Positions 36,652-48,457 of a stretch of DNA of 48,457 nt are shown one piece after another; position 1 is the stretch's first letter; each line of letters starts with the position of its first letter. The DNA is from Thiobacillus sp. (GTDB lineage Bacteria > Pseudomonadota > Gammaproteobacteria > Burkholderiales > Thiobacillaceae), in NCBI GenBank assembly GCA_051305915.1, contig JBPPMF010000291.1, forward strand, positions 1 to 48,457, written 5' to 3'. The translations under genes and the position numbers were made by a program. Below the pieces are notes generated by a model, which was given only the letters and a program-made list of their open reading frames with translations, was not told the DNA's origin and ran no database searches.

Positions 36652-37548
36652 TCAGGCAGGCTGGCCTGCGACGAGGACGTCGCTGCTGCAATAAGCCAGC
36701 ACATGTTTGGTGACGCTGCCGAGCAGCAGTTCCTCCAGCGTCGACTGGCCGTGTTTGCCCATGACGATGAGGTCGGCGTCGAGCGACTGCTCGTGCTCGA
36801 GGATGCGCAGGGTGGGGGCGCCGTGAATAATCAGACGCGTCAGTTGGCCCGCCGGAATCGACAGCTGGCCGACGAACTGCGCCATCGCGTCGACCGCGTC
36901 CTCACGCGCGCGCACCCGATATTGATGAATCTGTTCCTCGGCGATACTGGCGAAGCGCAGGGTGCTTTCGATGTCGAGCTCGTACGCATGCAGCAGCACG
37001 ATTTCGGCGTCGGGCAGCCAGCGGTGCGCGGTCTGCGCCGCCGCCAGGGCATGGACCGAGAAGTCGACCGGCACCAGCACGCGCCGATAGGCGCCCTGCG
37101 GCCGCTGCTTGACCGCAAGCACGGGGCGGCGAGTCTTGCGCAGCACGCGTTCGGTGGTCGAGCCGAGCAGGAACTCGCGCACGAAATGCGCGCCGCGCGC
37201 ACCCATCACCAGCAGGTCAGACTGCAGTTCGTCGGCGAGGTCGATGATCACGTCCAGCGCTACCCCCTGGACGATCCGGGTGTTGACCGGGCACGCGTAC
37301 TCCGTGCTGAGGCGGGCCGCCAGTTTGGTCAGGCCCTGCTGTGTTTCGTCGGCGACGCGCGCTTCCATCGCCGGCGCTTCGTCGCGCATCACGCCGCGCA
37401 GCCTAGCCAGCATCGACGTGCTGACGACGTGGGCCAAGGTGAGCTGTGCCCCCGGATGGACGGCCGCGAGCTGCGCCGCGCGTTCCAGCGCATGGCGCGC
37501 CGGGGCGGAAAAGTCCGTGGTGGCGAGTAGCGATAGGGATGCAGTCAC
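36652..37548 (-). CDS. Universal stress protein with tandem USP domains
   Basis: ATTDFS..A, LLVMGARG..LLGSTTERV, VPVDFS and IVMGKHG..LLGSVT motifs; GTG start overlapping the CPA2 stop. Confidence 0.93.
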   Translation of the reverse strand: MTASLSLLATTDFSAPARHALERAAQLAAVHPGAQLTLAHVVSTSMLARLRGVMRDEAPAMEARVADETQQGLTKLAARLSTEYACPVNTRIVQGVALDVIIDLADELQSDLLVMGARGAHFVREFLLGSTTERVLRKTRRPVLAVKQRPQGAYRRVLVPVDFSVHALAAAQTAHRWLPDAEIVLLHAYELDIESTLRFASIAEEQIHQYRVRAREDAVDAMAQFVGQLSIPAGQLTRLIIHGAPTLRILEHEQSLDADLIVMGKHGQSTLEELLLGSVTKHVLAYCSSDVLVAGQPA

Positions 37549-39221
37549 GATGGGGTCTCCTTGTCTGTGTTCAATTCGGATGCGGCGATGCGCGCGGCGA
37601 GATCAAGGGCGGCGAAATCGGCCGCCTGGTTGAATGGCAGAATGATTTCGACCCGGCCGAGGGTGCGCAGGCTGGCTGCATCGGCTTCGTCGCGCGCCAC
37701 GATGGCGATCTGGCCGTTGTAATGATGTTCCGCCAGTGCATTGAGCAGAGCGCGGTTGGAAGCGCGGTCGGGCAGGGTGCTGACCACCCAGGGCACATCT
37801 GCCAGCGGCAGGCTTTCAACATAGTCCGGCGCCTCGCCGTCGCCGAAGCGGGCATCCAGCCCGAGGCGCTGCTGCGTCCTCACCACTTCGGGATCGAAGT
37901 CCACGCCCAGCACATGAATGTCTTGCTTAAGCAGCGAATGCGCCAGCCGGCTGCCGTAGCGGCCGAGGCCGAAAATGGCCACGTCGGGCCGCACGCCGTC
38001 GCGTGGGGTGTGCTCGACCGCCAGTTCGCGGAAGGGGTTCTTGCGCTCGAACAGTCCCAGTGAGGGCGCCAACCAGGCATACAGACGGTGCGAGTACAAA
38101 ATCATGTAGGACGACAGCGCGATTGTGATGAGGCCGACCAGGGTGGTGAGCCCCAGCGTGTTGGGCCCGACGTGGCCGAGGCTGATGCCCATGGCGACGA
38201 AAATGATCGAGAACTCGGATATCTGAGCCACCGTCAGCCCGGCGAGAAAGCCGGTTCTTTTTCGGTAGCCCATGTAGCCCATGATCGCCATCACGATCAG
38301 TGGGTTGCCGATCAGCACGAATAGCGACAGCACGATGGAGGAGGTGATTTCGTCGCCGAGGGTGGAAAAATCGAGCTTGGCGCCGAGGTCGATGAAGAAG
38401 AACAGCAGCAGGAAATCGCGGATGCTGGTGAGCCGTGCGCTGATCGCCTCGCGGTACGCGGTGGAGGCGAGCGAGAAGCCGGCGATGAAGGCGCCGGCCT
38501 CCTTGCTGAAGCCGGCGAATTCGCCGAGCGCCGCCAGCGCGGTGCCCCAGGCGATGGCGAAGATCATCAGCAGTTCCTGCGAGCGTGCCAGGGTATCGAC
38601 GATGCGCGGCAGCACATAGCGCATCAGAATGAACAGCAGTAGCGCGGCGCCGCCCAGGCGCGCCAGCAGGGTCAGCGCCAGGGTCATGCCGCTGACGCCT
38701 TCCTCGCCCATGTCGCCGAGCCCGCTCATCACCATCATGGCGATCACCACGGCGAGGTCCTGCACGATGAGGAAGCCAACCGCGATGCGGCCGTGCAGCG
38801 AGTCGAGTTCGCGCTTGTCCGACAGCAGCTTGACGATGATGATGGTGCTGGAAAACGTCAGCGCCACCGCCACGTACAGCGCCTCCAGCCAGCCCTTGCC
38901 GAGCGCGAGGACGATGAAGAATCCGAACACGATAGTGAAGCTGAGCTGCCCCAGTCCGGTGGCGAGCGCGACCGGGCCGATATTGCGAATGTGGCGCAGG
39001 TCGAGCTTGAGCCCCACCACGAACAGCAGCACGGTGATGCCGATCTGCGCCAGGAGGTCGATCTGGTCGTGCGCCGACACCAGCGAGAACCCCGCCGGGC
39101 CCAGCAAAATGCCCACCGCGATGTAGGCGATCAGGATCGGCTGGCGCAGCCGCACCGCGATTGCACCCAGTACGGTGGTGATGATCAGGAGCAGGGCGAA
39201 TTCGTCAAAAGGCTGCGTCAT
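37545..39221 (-). CDS. CPA2 cation:proton antiporter with C-terminal KTN/TrkA-N domain (Kef-like)
   Basis: LLFVVGLKL, FSSTIIIVK, GFLIVQDL, QISEFS and IFGLGRYG motifs. Confidence 0.92.
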   Translation of the reverse strand: MTQPFDEFALLLIITTVLGAIAVRLRQPILIAYIAVGILLGPAGFSLVSAHDQIDLLAQIGITVLLFVVGLKLDLRHIRNIGPVALATGLGQLSFTIVFGFFIVLALGKGWLEALYVAVALTFSSTIIIVKLLSDKRELDSLHGRIAVGFLIVQDLAVVIAMMVMSGLGDMGEEGVSGMTLALTLLARLGGAALLLFILMRYVLPRIVDTLARSQELLMIFAIAWGTALAALGEFAGFSKEAGAFIAGFSLASTAYREAISARLTSIRDFLLLFFFIDLGAKLDFSTLGDEITSSIVLSLFVLIGNPLIVMAIMGYMGYRKRTGFLAGLTVAQISEFSIIFVAMGISLGHVGPNTLGLTTLVGLITIALSSYMILYSHRLYAWLAPSLGLFERKNPFRELAVEHTPRDGVRPDVAIFGLGRYGSRLAHSLLKQDIHVLGVDFDPEVVRTQQRLGLDARFGDGEAPDYVESLPLADVPWVVSTLPDRASNRALLNALAEHHYNGQIAIVARDEADAASLRTLGRVEIILPFNQAADFAALDLAARIAASELNTDKETPS

Positions 39222-39321
39222 TATTGTGTGCGTGATGCTTTGTGTCGATTGTCATGGCGGGCGGGCTGAAACCCATGATGGCCGGCTTTGCGGCCCCGGA
39301 CAAGACCGGGCGGGTTCGAGT

Positions 39322-41058
39322 TCAGGGCGCATCCACCAGATGAGTCGGGATTCTCAGGCCCACCTGCCTGATGCGGCCGTCGACGATCGCGCGCACCACG
39401 AACTCCAGTTTTCCCAGCCGAACGCGGTCGCCGACCACGGGTACGCCCGGCAGCTTCCTGACGATAAACGTCTCCAGCGTCATGTCTGACATTTCCGCCG
39501 GCAAGGGCAGGCCGTACTGCGCGGCGACATTCGCCATCATCGCTTCGCCGTTCAGCACAAAATCGCCGTAGAACTGACGCTTCTCAAGATAAGCGGGCGC
39601 GCGGGGCGCTGCCAGCAGATCGCCCAGCGCGGCGCTGTCCGCTTCATTCGCCAGGACGTAGAGCGTATCCCCGGCGGCGAGTTCGCCGGCCGCTTCAGGT
39701 GCCAGCGCCAGGCCATCGCGCAAGACGGTCAGCAGGCGCGCCTCGCCGGGAAGGCGCAGCGCACTGGCGGGGCGGCCGATGAACGGGCCGTCCGCTTTCA
39801 ACCGGTAGCCAAAAAAGGCATGGCCGCCGGCCGGTGCCGACGCCAGGTCGAAGCGTTCGGTCGGCGTCGGCGCCGGCGGAACCTGCAGCCGCAGGCGACG
39901 GGCCAGGGCGGGGATGGTCCAGCCCTGGACGGTCAGCGAGATCAGCACCACGAAGAAGGCGACATCTAGAATCAGTTCAGCCTCGGGGATGCCGGCCAGC
40001 AGCGGGAACAAGGCCAGAATGATCGGCACCGCGCCGCGCAAACCGACCCACGCGATGAACACCTGCTCGCGCCACGGAAAATGAAACGGCAACAGGCACA
40101 GCGCCACCGCCAGCGGCCGCGCGACGAACATCAGCACCAGCGCGATCGCCAGGGCGGCGGGGGCATGTTCGAGCAGGCTGCTGGGGGTGGCGAGCAGGCC
40201 CAGCATGAGGAACATGGCGATCTGCGCCAGCCAGACCAGGCCGTTGTGCACCTGCAGGATGTTGGTCGATTCGCGCGGCGCGCTGTTGCCCACCACCACG
40301 CCGGCCAGATAAGCGGCGAGGAAGCCGCTGCCGCCCAGCACCGTGGTGAGGCTGTAGAGCGCGAGGCCACCGGCGAGGACCAGCATGGGGTACATGCCGC
40401 GCTCCAGCGGCAGGCGGTTGACCAGCCGCACCAGCAGCCAGCCGCCGCCGAGGCCGGCGATGAGGCCCAGGCCCATTTGCTGGATGAACAGGCCGAGGGT
40501 TTCCCAGCCGGGCGTGCTTTGGCCGGAGAGAATCAGCTCGATGAGGGCGATGGTGAGCAGCGCCGCCATCGGATCATTGCTGCCGGATTCGATTTCCAGC
40601 GTGGCCGACACCCGCTGCTTCAGCGCCAGGCCCTTGGCGTGCAGCAGCGCGAACACTGCGGCGGCGTCGGTGGAGCCCACCACGGCGCCGACCAGCATGC
40701 CTTCGAGTAGGCCGAAATCGAGCATCCAGGCGGCGAATAGGCCGGTCACCACGCAGGTGATGAGCACGCCGACAGTGGCCAGCACCGACGCCGGGCGCAG
40801 GCCGGCGCGAAAGCTGTCGGAACGGGTGTTGAGGCCGCCGTCGAGCAGGATGACGGCGAGCGCGACGCTGCCCATGGTGTAGGCGATGCCGCTGTCGTCG
40901 AACAGGATGCCGCCCGGACCGTCTTCCCCGGCCAGCATGCCGACCGCGAGGAACACCAGAAGCAGCGGCATGCCGATGCGGTACGACAGCGCGCTGGCGA
41001 GGATGGCCAGCAACAGCAGCACCGCGCCGGCGAGGACGAATTGATTGAATAAATCCAT
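39322..41058 (-). CDS. cvrA: K+/H+ antiporter NhaP2/CvrA (CPA1 with TrkA-C and CorC/HlyC domains)
   Basis: GMLAGEDGPGGI, GSTDAAAVF, EIESGSNDPMA, GGSGFLA, WVGLRGAVPI and FYGDFVL motifs. Confidence 0.92.
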   Translation of the reverse strand: MDLFNQFVLAGAVLLLLAILASALSYRIGMPLLLVFLAVGMLAGEDGPGGILFDDSGIAYTMGSVALAVILLDGGLNTRSDSFRAGLRPASVLATVGVLITCVVTGLFAAWMLDFGLLEGMLVGAVVGSTDAAAVFALLHAKGLALKQRVSATLEIESGSNDPMAALLTIALIELILSGQSTPGWETLGLFIQQMGLGLIAGLGGGWLLVRLVNRLPLERGMYPMLVLAGGLALYSLTTVLGGSGFLAAYLAGVVVGNSAPRESTNILQVHNGLVWLAQIAMFLMLGLLATPSSLLEHAPAALAIALVLMFVARPLAVALCLLPFHFPWREQVFIAWVGLRGAVPIILALFPLLAGIPEAELILDVAFFVVLISLTVQGWTIPALARRLRLQVPPAPTPTERFDLASAPAGGHAFFGYRLKADGPFIGRPASALRLPGEARLLTVLRDGLALAPEAAGELAAGDTLYVLANEADSAALGDLLAAPRAPAYLEKRQFYGDFVLNGEAMMANVAAQYGLPLPAEMSDMTLETFIVRKLPGVPVVGDRVRLGKLEFVVRAIVDGRIRQVGLRIPTHLVDAP

Positions 41059-41142
41059 GCGGCCTAGCCCGGGCGACGCCTGGTGCGCCGCCGGCGATGG
41101 GGGCGCAGCAGGGCGAACGCGTGTTCGATGCGGTCCATGGCT

Positions 41143-43848
<2,706 letters not shown>

Positions 43849-43977
43849 GTGATGTCTCCGGTTGGGTTAGCGTACGAATCAACGTTAACGTCGTTCAGCG
43901 ACACGATGGTGACTGCTTCAAGCCGAGGCGTAAGCTCAGCGGCAGCGGGCAGTCTTGTTGAAACGTCATCCGCAAAT

Positions 43978-44006
43978 GTGAAATACGTGTCAACGCGCCC
44001 TACAAT
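43978..44006 (+). promoter_or_regulatory. Possible sigma70 promoter for the Na/Pi cotransporter
   Basis: GTGAAA-N17-TACAAT, 30 bp upstream of ATG 44037. Confidence 0.4.
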
Positions 44007-44036
44007 TCTGGCACACATTAAAAAGACGGATGCGCA

Positions 44037-45677
44037 ATGTCGGGATTTTCTGTCGCGGGCGGGCTCGCCGGCGGCGTCGGATTGTTTTTGCTGGGCATGT
44101 GGTTGATGACCGAAGGCTTGAAGCTCGCGGCTGGCCCGGCGCTCGAGCGCATTCTGGCGCGCTCGACCGGCACGCGACTGCGCGGCCTCGCCTCCGGTGT
44201 GCTGATCACCGCGCTGGTTCAGTCGTCCTCCGCGGTGACGGTCGCCACCATCGGCTTTGTCAATGCCGGTTTGCTGACGCTTGGTCAGGCCCTGTGGGTG
44301 CTGTTCGGTAGCAACGTCGGCACCACCATGACCGGCTGGCTGGTGGCGCTGGTCGGCCTCAATTTCAAGATCGAAGCATTGGCATTGCCGATGATCGGCA
44401 TCGGCATGGTGCTGCACTTTACGGGTCAGGGACGGCGGCGCGGCGCGTTGGGGATGACGCTGGCCGGCTTCGGGGTGCTGTTCCTTGGCATCGATACTCT
44501 GAAGAGCACCTTTACTGATCTTGGTGGACAGATGGCGCTGCCGGGTGGCAGCGGCATGCTCGGGGTGCTGGCGCACGTCGGCGTGGGTGTTTTGCTCACG
44601 GTGCTGATGCAGTCATCCAGTGCTGCGCTGGCGGTGGCGCTGACCGCGGCACAGGGCGGCTTGCTGGATATCAACGATGCTGCTGCGGTGGTCATCGGCG
44701 CCAATATCGGCACAACCTTTACCGCGCTTCTGGCCGCGCTGGGCGCCACGCCGAATGCGCGTCGCGCGGCGGCGGCGCATGTGCTGTTCAATCTGCTGAC
44801 CGGTGCGGTGGCGCTGTTGCTGCTGCCCTGGCTGATCGACGCGATCGAGTTGCTGCGTGCGCTGCTCGAAATGGACGTCGCCCCTGCCGTGACGCTGGCG
44901 TTGTTTCACTCTGTATTCAATATCCTCGGCGTGGTGTTGATGTGGCCGCTGGGTGCGCGTCTGGCAAAATTCCTTGCTGGACGCTTTCGCACCGAGGAGG
45001 AAGATGAGGCGCGCCCGCGTCATCTCGACAGCACCGTGCTGAGCGTGCCAGATCTGGCGTTGGACGCGCTGATCCAGGAAGTGCGTCGCATGGGGGAAAT
45101 CGCGCTGCGCGGCGCGCGCCGGGTGTGGGCGATCCAGCAGGTGGCCGCGTCGGCGAGCGTTCCGGAGCAGACGGTGGTGTCGCAGCTGAATGGGGAGATC
45201 GCCCGCTTCATCGCGCAACTGAACCGGATCAGCATGGCGGCAGAGAGCGCGCAGCGTTTGCCCGAGGTGCTGCGCGCGGCGCGTTATTACGACACGGTGG
45301 TCGAGTTGGCGGGCGAACTAGCGGCCTTGCCTTACCCACAGACCCTGGGGTCGCCCGAGATCCGCGGCCGCATCATCGATTTCATGCAGCAGACTGAAGC
45401 GCTGCTCAGTGTCGAAGCCATCGAGGGGCCGGTCGAGCCGGACGCGCGCCAGGCCGACATGCAGCGGCACTACCGCGCGCTCAAGGCGGAGGTCCTGGCC
45501 GAGGGCGCGCGCGGCGAGTTCGATATTCACGACATGGAGTTGTGCCTACGCCGCCTGAGCCGGATGCGCCGGCTGATGGAACAGGCGCTGAAGGCGGCGG
45601 CAACGCTGCGGGCGTTAAACCTTTCCGCCGACCGGACTGTCACACCGGACGAATCCCGCCACTCTTCCGCCGCCTGA
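44037..45677 (+). CDS. Na+/phosphate cotransporter family protein (PNaS, NptA/YjbB-like)
   Basis: GGVGLFLLGM, two QSSSA repeats, GSNVGTT and GANIGTT motifs; helical PhoU-like C-terminus. Confidence 0.92.
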   Translation: MSGFSVAGGLAGGVGLFLLGMWLMTEGLKLAAGPALERILARSTGTRLRGLASGVLITALVQSSSAVTVATIGFVNAGLLTLGQALWVLFGSNVGTTMTGWLVALVGLNFKIEALALPMIGIGMVLHFTGQGRRRGALGMTLAGFGVLFLGIDTLKSTFTDLGGQMALPGGSGMLGVLAHVGVGVLLTVLMQSSSAALAVALTAAQGGLLDINDAAAVVIGANIGTTFTALLAALGATPNARRAAAAHVLFNLLTGAVALLLLPWLIDAIELLRALLEMDVAPAVTLALFHSVFNILGVVLMWPLGARLAKFLAGRFRTEEEDEARPRHLDSTVLSVPDLALDALIQEVRRMGEIALRGARRVWAIQQVAASASVPEQTVVSQLNGEIARFIAQLNRISMAAESAQRLPEVLRAARYYDTVVELAGELAALPYPQTLGSPEIRGRIIDFMQQTEALLSVEAIEGPVEPDARQADMQRHYRALKAEVLAEGARGEFDIHDMELCLRRLSRMRRLMEQALKAAATLRALNLSADRTVTPDESRHSSAA

Positions 45678-45686
45678 CACGATCCG

Positions 45687-46238
45687 ATGATCCCCGAGCG
45701 TTTCCGCCGTTTTCTTCCCGACCCGCAGACCCTGCGCGAACACCGCGCACTGCGCTGGATGGGGCCGATGCTGAACCATCCGCGGCTGTGGCACGTCAAC
45801 CGCCGGGGGATCGCATTGGGCTTGGCCATCGGCGTGTTTTTCGGCCTGATGATTCCGGTGGCGCAGATCTTTTTTGCGGCCGCCGTCGCGTTGCTGATGC
45901 GCGCCAACATCCCGGCCGCGGTCGGCAGCACCCTGATCACCAACCCTATTACCTTCGCGCCGGTGTACTACGCGGCTTATCACCTGGGCGCCTGGATGCT
46001 GGGGCACGCCAATGTGCCGCTGGCCGAGGTTGACCTTGAGCGCGTCGCGGCGAAAACCGCGACCGGCCTGGCGCTGTGGATGGATCGTCTGGCCACGATC
46101 GGCCCGCCGCTGGCGCTTGGCCTGCTGACACTGGCGGCAAGTTTGTCGGTGCTGATTTATTTTGCCGTGCACTGGACTTGGCGGCTGCGCATCGTGCGCG
46201 CCTGGCAGCGCCGCAAAGCGCGCCGGCGTGGGCGTTGA
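45687..46238 (+). CDS. DUF2062 family membrane protein
   Basis: PRLWHVNRRGIALGLAIGVF..IPVAQ..RANIP..ITNPIT. Confidence 0.88.
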   Translation: MIPERFRRFLPDPQTLREHRALRWMGPMLNHPRLWHVNRRGIALGLAIGVFFGLMIPVAQIFFAAAVALLMRANIPAAVGSTLITNPITFAPVYYAAYHLGAWMLGHANVPLAEVDLERVAAKTATGLALWMDRLATIGPPLALGLLTLAASLSVLIYFAVHWTWRLRIVRAWQRRKARRRGR

Positions 46239-46264
46239 CAGGGGCACCTGGTGCCCGCGAGACC

Positions 46265-46738
46265 TCAGAGTTCCGACAGCGGTTTTTGCGCGTCCTGGGT
46301 GTTGATCGCGCCCATGTGCGCGATCAGCGTCGCCAGATCCTGATGGAGTCGGGTCAGCGCTTCGTCGGGCAACTGGCCGAGCGCGTGGGTCAGGATGCCG
46401 GTCAACGGCTGCGGGGCTTTTTCCAGCGCCTTTTCTCCGCTATCGGTGAGGTAGAGCCTGACTACGCGCTGGTCGACACTGTTGCGCTCGCGCCGGATCA
46501 GCCCGGCTTTTTCGATTTTGTCGAGCAGGTTGCTGGCGGTGGAGGCGTGGATCGACAAGGCTTGTGCCAGCTCGGAGACTTTCATGCCCGGCGTCTGGCG
46601 CAGGGCCGCCATCGCCCAGATCTGCGCGCCGCTGACGCCGCAGGCTTTTTCGATCGCCTTGAAGTGCTGTCGCACGGCGCCAAAAATCACGCGAAACTGG
46701 CGCAGGGTTTCGGCGGCGGTACGGGCGTTCGAACTCAA
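46265..46738 (-). CDS. MarR family transcriptional regulator
   Basis: GVSGAQIWAM, VSELAQALSIHASTASNLLDKIEKAGLIRR and DQRVVRLYLT motifs; TTG start uncertain. Confidence 0.9.
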   Translation of the reverse strand: MSSNARTAAETLRQFRVIFGAVRQHFKAIEKACGVSGAQIWAMAALRQTPGMKVSELAQALSIHASTASNLLDKIEKAGLIRRERNSVDQRVVRLYLTDSGEKALEKAPQPLTGILTHALGQLPDEALTRLHQDLATLIAHMGAINTQDAQKPLSEL

Positions 46739-46783
46739 GATACGATCTCCGGAAACGGCAAAGCCGTAATCATGGCAGGAATT

Positions 46784-48457
46784 TCAAGCGGCCGCGTTCA
46801 TTATCTGCTGCCAAAGGACGATGACCGCATCGCGCATGTTTTCCACGGCGGGAAGCGGCACCCGGGCGTATTCTGCGCCGCTGAGCTTGATCGCATGCTG
46901 TTGGCGGCGTAGCTCACGGTAAGCGTCGGCCGCAGCCTCGGCGACGGCGGCAGGAATCAGGCCAACTGCACCGGCGCGCTGCAGCAGCCCGATATTGCCA
47001 ACATTGTCGGCCAGCTCGGAATGCGCGTGGCAATCGCGCAGCACCAGATACTGCACGCAGAACTCGACGTCGACGATGCCGCCGCTGTCGTGCTTGAGGT
47101 CGAACAGGCTGGAATCGTTGACGTGGCCGGCATGCATTTTTTCGCGCATTGCCAGCACTTCTTCGCGCAGTTTCGTGGCGTCGCGCGGGATGCACAGCAC
47201 CTCGCGGCGCAGGGCCTCGAAGGTCTTGCCAATTTCCGTGTCACCGCAGACGAAACGTGCACGCGTCAGCGCCTGGTGTTCCCATAGCCAGGCGTGATTC
47301 AGCTGGTAATCGCGAAAGGCTTCGGTCGAACTGACCAAGAGGCCCGAGGCGCCATCGGGGCGCAGGCGCAGGTCGGTTTCATAGAGCATGCCGGCCGGGG
47401 TGAGGGTGCCGAGCCAGGTGTTGATGCGCTGCGCCAGCCGCGCGTAGATTTCCTGCGCGCGTTCGTCCGGGTCGTCATAGAGGAACACCAGGTCGAGGTC
47501 GGAAGCGTAGCCGAGCTCCTTGCCGCCGAGCTTGCCGTAGCCGATGACGGCGAAGCGCGGGGTATCGCGGTGGCGCGTTTTCAGCCCGGCCCAGCAGCGT
47601 GCCAGGGTCTCGTTCAACAGCGTGTCGGCCAGGTCGGACAGGTGATCCGATAGCGCCTCCAGCGTCAGCCGGCCCGCTACATCCTGCGCCAGGAGACGCA
47701 GCGTCTGCACCCGCTTGAAGCGGCGCAGCGCATCCATCTGCGCTTCGGTGTCGCCGGGGTGGGCGTCGAGTTCGTCGTGCAACTGGGCGGTGAGCTGCGT
47801 CCAGTCGGGAACGCTTAGCAGGGACTGCGGCGCGATCAGTTCATCCAGCAATTGCGGCTGCAGCGTGATGATCTGCGCCGCCCACGGACTGGCCGCCAAT
47901 AGGCGCACCAGTTGCCGCAGCGCCGCCGGGTATTCGGCCAGCAGCGCGAGATAGGTGGCGCGCCGCGAGATCGATTGCACCAGCGCGGCAAAGCGCTCCA
48001 GCGTGACCATCGGATCGGGCTGGCTGCCGATGACTTCGAGCGCGGGCGGCAGCAGCGCGTTGAGTCGCAGCTGGGTCGATTCGGCCAGCCGCGCGGTGTG
48101 GTGGCGCAGCGCGTCGAGTATCGCCAGTACCCGGGGTGGATCGTCGTAACCGGCGTTTTCCAGCAGCGCCTGAGTGGTGTCGGCGTCCGCCGTGCCGCAG
48201 CACACTGCAGTCAGCGGATGGCTGTCCTGATCGGTTTGCGGCGCGGCGAACACCTGGTCGAAATGGCGGGCGACCTTGTTGCGATGGCGGTCTAGTGCGG
48301 CGAGCAGTGCGGCATAGTCGGCAAAGCCCATCGCCTCGGCGAGCATCGCCTGCGATTCGGCATCGTCCGGAAGCAGTTGAGTCTGCGCGTCGTCGAGGTA
48401 CTGGATGCGGTGCTCCAGCCGACGCAGGAAATCGTAGGCAGCGGCAAGCTCTTGTTG
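46784..48457 (-). CDS. glnE: Bifunctional glutamine synthetase adenylyltransferase (C-terminal part; 5' end outside the window)
   Basis: Frame is open to the window edge (AYDFLRRLEHRIQY); GYGKLGGKELGYASDLD, DLRLRPDG, WEHQALTRAR and DLKHDSGGIVDVEF motifs. Confidence 0.96.
   Translation of the reverse strand, partial: QQELAAAYDFLRRLEHRIQYLDDAQTQLLPDDAESQAMLAEAMGFADYAALLAALDRHRNKVARHFDQVFAAPQTDQDSHPLTAVCCGTADADTTQALLENAGYDDPPRVLAILDALRHHTARLAESTQLRLNALLPPALEVIGSQPDPMVTLERFAALVQSISRRATYLALLAEYPAALRQLVRLLAASPWAAQIITLQPQLLDELIAPQSLLSVPDWTQLTAQLHDELDAHPGDTEAQMDALRRFKRVQTLRLLAQDVAGRLTLEALSDHLSDLADTLLNETLARCWAGLKTRHRDTPRFAVIGYGKLGGKELGYASDLDLVFLYDDPDERAQEIYARLAQRINTWLGTLTPAGMLYETDLRLRPDGASGLLVSSTEAFRDYQLNHAWLWEHQALTRARFVCGDTEIGKTFEALRREVLCIPRDATKLREEVLAMREKMHAGHVNDSSLFDLKHDSGGIVDVEFCVQYLVLRDCHAHSELADNVGNIGLLQRAGAVGLIPAAVAEAAADAYRELRRQQHAIKLSGAEYARVPLPAVENMRDAVIVLWQQIMNAAA

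Noticed and set aside
39222-39321. c-di-GMP-I riboswitch-like GGGGCCGCAAAGCC on the minus strand upstream of the CPA2 gene
   Set aside because: Lacks the GGCAAA element, the GNRA tetraloop and the receptor stem.

Overview
GC-rich window, probably from a Betaproteobacterium (Thiobacillus-like; inferred from gene order and protein style, not from a search). Left edge: the 5' part of a P4-type tyrosine integrase just downstream of yicC, i.e. one end of an element integrated at the yicC 3' end. Next is a core block: yicC, then divergently a Ser/Thr kinase, PP2C phosphatase, rph, rdgB and hemW. A mixed region follows: MapZ-like PilZ protein, degenerate pseudouridine synthase, dienelactone hydrolase with a divergent FolE, two YceI, ICMT-family methyltransferase, MBL lipoprotein, TatD, yccA, slipin, nfeD and an OmpA lipoprotein. 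From about 17 to 46.7 kb is an ion/pH/osmotic homeostasis region. It holds (i) a group-2 Mrp/Pha operon whose fused mrpAB gene has a single amber stop in the conserved KSAQFP motif, (ii) a Met-rich exported protein, a PfkB kinase, MscS and UppP, and (iii) a long minus-strand cluster: P-type ATPase, NhaP2/CvrA, CPA2 antiporter, USP, DUF502 and an atypical Mrp (E-F-G-DUF4040-B-C plus four MrpA/D-like subunits). In that atypical Mrp, two subunits are tandem duplicates lacking the TM5 Glu, one has an in-frame loss of TM11, and an antisense gene for a TM-anchored Cache-like protein splits the operon. The window ends with a Na+/Pi cotransporter, DUF2062, MarR and the 3' part of glnE. No rRNA, tRNA or CRISPR array was seen. 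All calls come from reading motifs by eye; no searches were run.
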